From: a virus
Virus record (IMG/VR): IMGVR_UViG_3300012204_000007
Span: 32,001-96,000 of that record
Length of the DNA stretch: 64,000 nt
Direction: 5' to 3' (one strand)
Part shown: piece by piece, positions 59,340-64,000 of the stretch
Position numbering within the stretch: the first letter of the stretch is position 1
Layout: each line of letters starts with the position of its first letter
Program-made: the position numbers and the translations under genes
The notes under the pieces: model-generated
Database searches by the model: none
What the model saw: the letters and a program-made list of their open reading frames with translations, nothing else
What the model was told of the DNA's origin: nothing

Positions 59340-62300
59340 ATGTCAAGATTATCTTTACTAGGTCTAACACCTGGCACTAACTATAAGATACAACTTCGCG
59401 CTGTAGAAGGCGACCAAGTTTCTGAGTGGAGTCGTAGATTTGACCTTGCTACTTCTATAGATGTTACACCACCAGACGTTCCCGCGTGGGCGGTAAGCAA
59501 CGACTGGGTGGTCAATGGTGACACATTTGTTGCTACCTGGCAGCCGCTTAACTTCACACTTATTCAGAATAAGGACTTTGACCATTATGAGATTGAGTTT
59601 GATGATACTGTTTCACAGACGGTAATCCACACAAATAACATCTCAGAAACATTAGACTTTGAGCATAACCGTCAGTACTTCGGTACCGCTAAAGCCGTAG
59701 TGAAGGCTCGTGTTCGTTCTGTGGATGCCGTTGGAAACGCCTCTGCGTGGAGCGCACAGAAAACTGCTACAAACCCAGCACCGTCGGCGCCAGCCTCTAT
59801 CACTGTCACGTCGCTTTATGATTCTATAAAGGTCAACTGGGCGACGGTATCAGATACTGACCTTATTGGATACAAGGTACAGGTATCGACAACCTCGTCA
59901 TCTTCTGGATTCTCTGACATTTACAACGGTCCAGATAATATGTTCATTCACGATACTATTATGTTTGTGACTGACCATTGGTTTAGAGTATACGCAGTAG
60001 ATAAGTTTGGCAGTCTTTCTACCGCCACAACGTCTGGTAGCGTGCGCCCAAAGACCTCTTTCGCAATTGATGGGGTTCCGCCTGCAACTCCTGCAACACT
60101 TACCGCTACCGGCGGTTTTGATACAACTAATCAGCAGTCATATTTTGACTTGTCGTGGTCGAGCGTTGCCGATTCAGACCTAGATGTATATATCATCAGA
60201 TATGGAACAAACGGTACTAACTGGGAGTATGTCACTGTACCTCGTGAGAACACAACATACAGGCTCTCTGTAGACCCATCAAAGAGTTATTATATTGCTG
60301 TTACCGCAAGAGACCTCTCTGGCAACCTACAGACTACATATCGTAATGCTTCTGTATATCCAGTTACCTCTACTGCTGACACATCTGCGCCATCGCAACC
60401 AGCAGCACCGACAGTAGCATCTAATACACTACAGGCTCAGATAGTGGTATCTGGAAACAAGCAGGCCGGTGGTGCTATGGAGCCTGATGTTTCATTCTAT
60501 GAAATATATGCAGGAACTAGCGCCGGGTTCACTGCCAATAATGCATCGATGCTCGGACAGATTGCGACAGGTCCAGCGATGGTATCAACATTTGATATTC
60601 CAGCATCAGGAGCATCGGGCTCAAACCAAACATGGTACTTCAAAATTATTGCTGTTGACCGCGCCGGTAATAAGTCTTCTGCATCACCAGAAGTCACTAG
60701 CAGCGTCAACCTAGTAGCCACCACAAACATCGGTGACCTTGTTGTTACCAATGCTAAAATCAACGACCTTGCTGTAAACAAGTTGACCGCTGGCTCCGGT
60801 ATCATTAACAACCTTATTGTCAAGAGCACATTGACGCTAGGAGATGCGAGCACAGACGGTATCATTCAGTCATATGACTATGTGGCTGCTACGACTGGAT
60901 TTAAGTTACAGAAGAACGCGCTAGAAATTAACTCTGGAACTATTAGAGCAGCGGCATTGGCACTGCAAATAGGGCACAACTTGATGCCGCCACTATATGC
61001 CGACTTTGAGGCTCCTGCTTCCGCATATCCAGCCAACCTGTCTACCGGTTCGCTGACTACATCTGCTTTTACCAGCGCTCAAGTAAAGTTTAACACTCAG
61101 TCTCTACTGATTACTAGCACCGCAGGCGCTGCACGTACATGGTATTTTGGTTCTAGCAGCACGGATTACAACATTCCATTGCAACCAACTACACGCTACA
61201 TAATCTCTGGATATCTTTATAATGCTACCGGTTCGATTGTTAACGGATTCTTTAGTATAAAGCAGCAAGATGCGACAATCATAAATGGTGGTCTTAGTGC
61301 ATATGCAAATACTGCGGGATGGGTTAGATATCAGAATGTAATAACTACAAACTCTGCTGCAACATCTGGCGTTTTGTCATTTACGTTAAACAGCAATGCG
61401 ACTTTCTATATAGATGGTATACAGATAGAAGAATCCACGAATGCAACTAACACTACGCCTTCGCCATGGTCGCCACCAGGCTCTACAACTATTAATGGTG
61501 CTCTTATTAAAACTGGTGCTATCCAGTCCACCGCGCTGGCATTGGATGTTAACGGAGCGACTATCGCCGGTATTCCAGCATGGAAGATTGATACCTTAGG
61601 AAACGCTGTATTTGGTGATGCATTAATTCGCGGTAGACTAATCATGGGTATCACTGGTGACTATGAAAATTCTATCAGCCCAATATATGAGGCAGATGGT
61701 ACAACCATTAAGGCTTATTACGAAGATAATACAAAATTATCTGGTATTGGCTCTATTCAGTCTTATAATTATTCACCTGGTGCTGCTGGTTGGGCTATTC
61801 GTTCAAATGGATTCGCTGAGTTTCTACAACTAAAGGCCAATAGTATTTCAGCAGACGCTATCTATGCTGTATCCCCAGACAAATTAACTCCCGGTACGAT
61901 GACGGCCGACCTCATCATTGGTACTAATATTAGGGCAATTGAAAAAGATACGCTGTATATTACATCCAAGGCACGCACATCAAACGTCGCAACCTTGACG
62001 TTATCAACATCACATAGCCGATTGGTTGGCGACCAGATTCAGGTCAAACTAGACCAGACTGTGGCGGTCGATACCACATTCGATACGCCCGGTAGTACAT
62101 TTGTTTCTATCACTGCGGTTACCGATACCACAATCTCATATTCTAATACTGGCTCCAATGTTTCTGTGACAGCGCATGCAGGAGACTCTTATGTGTATGT
62201 AGAAGGACGCTCGGTTATAGTGTCACCAGAGGGAATCACACTATTCAATAATGATGGTGTCGGTAGAGTTGTTGACCTACCAACAGACCCATTATTACCA

Positions 62301-64000
62301 GCATATTTTGCTGGCGATGTAGATGCTAACTCTCTAACTGTCCGCGATGACTTCTTGCTACAGGGAACTGGAAACGCTCTGGCTGCTGGTGGTATCTTTA
62401 CTTTGAATGCAAGCATTGTCGCGCCGGTAGGCACACCAACATTAAGTTTCTCATATGACCAAGCACAGACATGGATGGATAATACTTTCTCCTCATGGAA
62501 GTCCGGATTATGGTATGACTCTGGTACATATGTTACAACTAACGCATTCTTTGGTGGTCAGGCATTTGGCACGTCGGCGGGCGGTGCATTCCTGTTTAAT
62601 AAAGCGATGGCAGACGATGCAATTCCTAATGGTTACTCGCCCTATGGTCTTGTTAAAATTTCCGGTAAGTTCTTTGTACTCATTAATGACCAAACTGATG
62701 GTCTATGGAAGGTACGACGTTATGCCAGCACGGGAACAGGCTTTGATACCCTAGAAACCACTCTGTTTACATATGATAGACACACGACCATGGGTTGTAC
62801 CGCGACCGAATGGAAGATTGATGGATTCAATGGTTCTGCTCTAAATGACCCAGTAATTGGTACCGATGGTACCGATATCTATATTGCTAGATGCGCCAAG
62901 GGCGGTAAGATTTGGGTAGCAAAGTATAATGTTTCTGGTACATATCAGTCAGAAGTAACAACCAATATCACAGACAACCAAAATTTGAAATCATTGAATA
63001 TTGGCACATTCGACTTTGCTGCCACCAGATATGTTATTTCTACTGAGGGAAATGCAACCAAGGTTGCTAAGAACTATGTTACCAACACTTCCGGCGCGCA
63101 CCAAACAACAGAAACATGGGGAACGCCAGGCGACAGAAAGTTGTGGGGAACCTGTTATAATGGTACGCAGTTTGTAACGCTGACTCAGACCAATAGATTG
63201 TATTTCCACACAAGTGTTGCAAAGACCGGCACGAATGTTTGGTATACAAAGGGTGCTTGGTATGACGGAAATAACAGTAGAACTGTAAACATCAGTGCTG
63301 TGTCTGGAAACGGTGTAACCACGACCGTCACAACATCTACCGCTCATGGCTATGTTGCTGGCGATATTGTCTATATCGCATCATCGTTAGGTGCTGCACT
63401 TAACAGTATCTATCACACAATTGTTACCACACCGTTGACAACCACATTCACAGTTTCATCTAACTATTCTGGTTCTGCTGGTGCTGGTGGTACGGTTACC
63501 AATGAATGGGAAACCTCATTATCAAGTTATGCGACCACTACGATTACACGTAGAGCCAAGATGACTGTGTCCGCAGGCACACTTCCTGCTGGAACTGGGT
63601 CTAACATTCCTGACCGTGCTAGATTCTACTTCTCTAATACCGCAGGCGGCGCTGGTTCGTATTATAGACAGGATAACACGAACGCCAGCAGCCAACAGAC
63701 TTTCGCAACAGACCCTACCTTTTCTGGTTCTACTGGGCCACTAACCGCATTCCCAGCCGGTACGGCAGCCATCTTGCAGTCTAATAATGGAAAGATGAGC
63801 ATTACTGCTGACGGATATGCACTGTTTGGGGCAAGTACAGATGTTACTGCATCTGCTGGAAACACACCACCTCTTAGGGTTGGTAATCCAGCAGGTTCAC
63901 ACTTCCGTATTGACGGAGATGAAATTCAAAGAATGCTAGATGATACCACAGTCGGGCCAATGAGCCTGAATGCAAACGGTGGCGGTATTCGTCTTGGCAG
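59340..64000 (+). CDS. Large minor tail / receptor-binding protein with FN3-like repeats (3' truncated; absent from the ORF track)
   Basis: ATG at 59340 gives MSRLSLLGLTPGTNYKIQLRAVE; repeated R.(S/A)VD..GN.S and D..PP..P motifs; frame is consistent with the window end and runs off it. Confidence 0.8.
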   Translation, partial: MSRLSLLGLTPGTNYKIQLRAVEGDQVSEWSRRFDLATSIDVTPPDVPAWAVSNDWVVNGDTFVATWQPLNFTLIQNKDFDHYEIEFDDTVSQTVIHTNNISETLDFEHNRQYFGTAKAVVKARVRSVDAVGNASAWSAQKTATNPAPSAPASITVTSLYDSIKVNWATVSDTDLIGYKVQVSTTSSSSGFSDIYNGPDNMFIHDTIMFVTDHWFRVYAVDKFGSLSTATTSGSVRPKTSFAIDGVPPATPATLTATGGFDTTNQQSYFDLSWSSVADSDLDVYIIRYGTNGTNWEYVTVPRENTTYRLSVDPSKSYYIAVTARDLSGNLQTTYRNASVYPVTSTADTSAPSQPAAPTVASNTLQAQIVVSGNKQAGGAMEPDVSFYEIYAGTSAGFTANNASMLGQIATGPAMVSTFDIPASGASGSNQTWYFKIIAVDRAGNKSSASPEVTSSVNLVATTNIGDLVVTNAKINDLAVNKLTAGSGIINNLIVKSTLTLGDASTDGIIQSYDYVAATTGFKLQKNALEINSGTIRAAALALQIGHNLMPPLYADFEAPASAYPANLSTGSLTTSAFTSAQVKFNTQSLLITSTAGAARTWYFGSSSTDYNIPLQPTTRYIISGYLYNATGSIVNGFFSIKQQDATIINGGLSAYANTAGWVRYQNVITTNSAATSGVLSFTLNSNATFYIDGIQIEESTNATNTTPSPWSPPGSTTINGALIKTGAIQSTALALDVNGATIAGIPAWKIDTLGNAVFGDALIRGRLIMGITGDYENSISPIYEADGTTIKAYYEDNTKLSGIGSIQSYNYSPGAAGWAIRSNGFAEFLQLKANSISADAIYAVSPDKLTPGTMTADLIIGTNIRAIEKDTLYITSKARTSNVATLTLSTSHSRLVGDQIQVKLDQTVAVDTTFDTPGSTFVSITAVTDTTISYSNTGSNVSVTAHAGDSYVYVEGRSVIVSPEGITLFNNDGVGRVVDLPTDPLLPAYFAGDVDANSLTVRDDFLLQGTGNALAAGGIFTLNASIVAPVGTPTLSFSYDQAQTWMDNTFSSWKSGLWYDSGTYVTTNAFFGGQAFGTSAGGAFLFNKAMADDAIPNGYSPYGLVKISGKFFVLINDQTDGLWKVRRYASTGTGFDTLETTLFTYDRHTTMGCTATEWKIDGFNGSALNDPVIGTDGTDIYIARCAKGGKIWVAKYNVSGTYQSEVTTNITDNQNLKSLNIGTFDFAATRYVISTEGNATKVAKNYVTNTSGAHQTTETWGTPGDRKLWGTCYNGTQFVTLTQTNRLYFHTSVAKTGTNVWYTKGAWYDGNNSRTVNISAVSGNGVTTTVTTSTAHGYVAGDIVYIASSLGAALNSIYHTIVTTPLTTTFTVSSNYSGSAGAGGTVTNEWETSLSSYATTTITRRAKMTVSAGTLPAGTGSNIPDRARFYFSNTAGGAGSYYRQDNTNASSQQTFATDPTFSGSTGPLTAFPAGTAAILQSNNGKMSITADGYALFGASTDVTASAGNTPPLRVGNPAGSHFRIDGDEIQRMLDDTTVGPMSLNANGGGIRLG

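Noticed and set aside
1-64000. tRNA, rRNA, integrase or transposase genes
   Set aside because: None recognised by eye; tRNAscan-SE or ARAGORN would be needed to exclude tRNAs.

Overview
The window is part of a large lytic actinobacteriophage siphovirus genome. WhiB, Lsr2-like genes and many leaderless sigma-A-type promoters point to an actinobacterial host, and the gene order recalls Streptomyces cluster BE/BK-like phages (recalled, not searched). Layout: 1-14.9 kb carries rightward accessory genes (rIIA/rIIB, endonuclease VII-like, metallophosphoesterase, WhiB, KTSC, thioredoxin, SLOG). 14.9-15.6 kb is an AT-rich gap that begins with DnaA boxes. 15.6-25 kb is an early-type region of small promoter-gene-terminator cassettes separated by 12 copies of the palindrome TGCCCANCA-N2-9-TGNTGGGCA. 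25.3-29.2 kb is leftward (AAA ATPase, ThyX). From 29.4 kb to the end run glycosyltransferase, class II RNR, endolysin, LamG protein, portal, protease/scaffold, capsid, neck and tail genes, the frameshifted tail chaperone, tape measure and minor tails. No terminase, integrase, tRNA or CRISPR/cas gene was seen. The most striking unexplained signals are the palindrome-delimited cassette array, a window-wide excess of GCCGGTAG, hairpins whose loop carries the next promoter's -35 box, and two candidate ncRNAs. All calls come from reading the sequence by eye; counts are manual and no searches were run.
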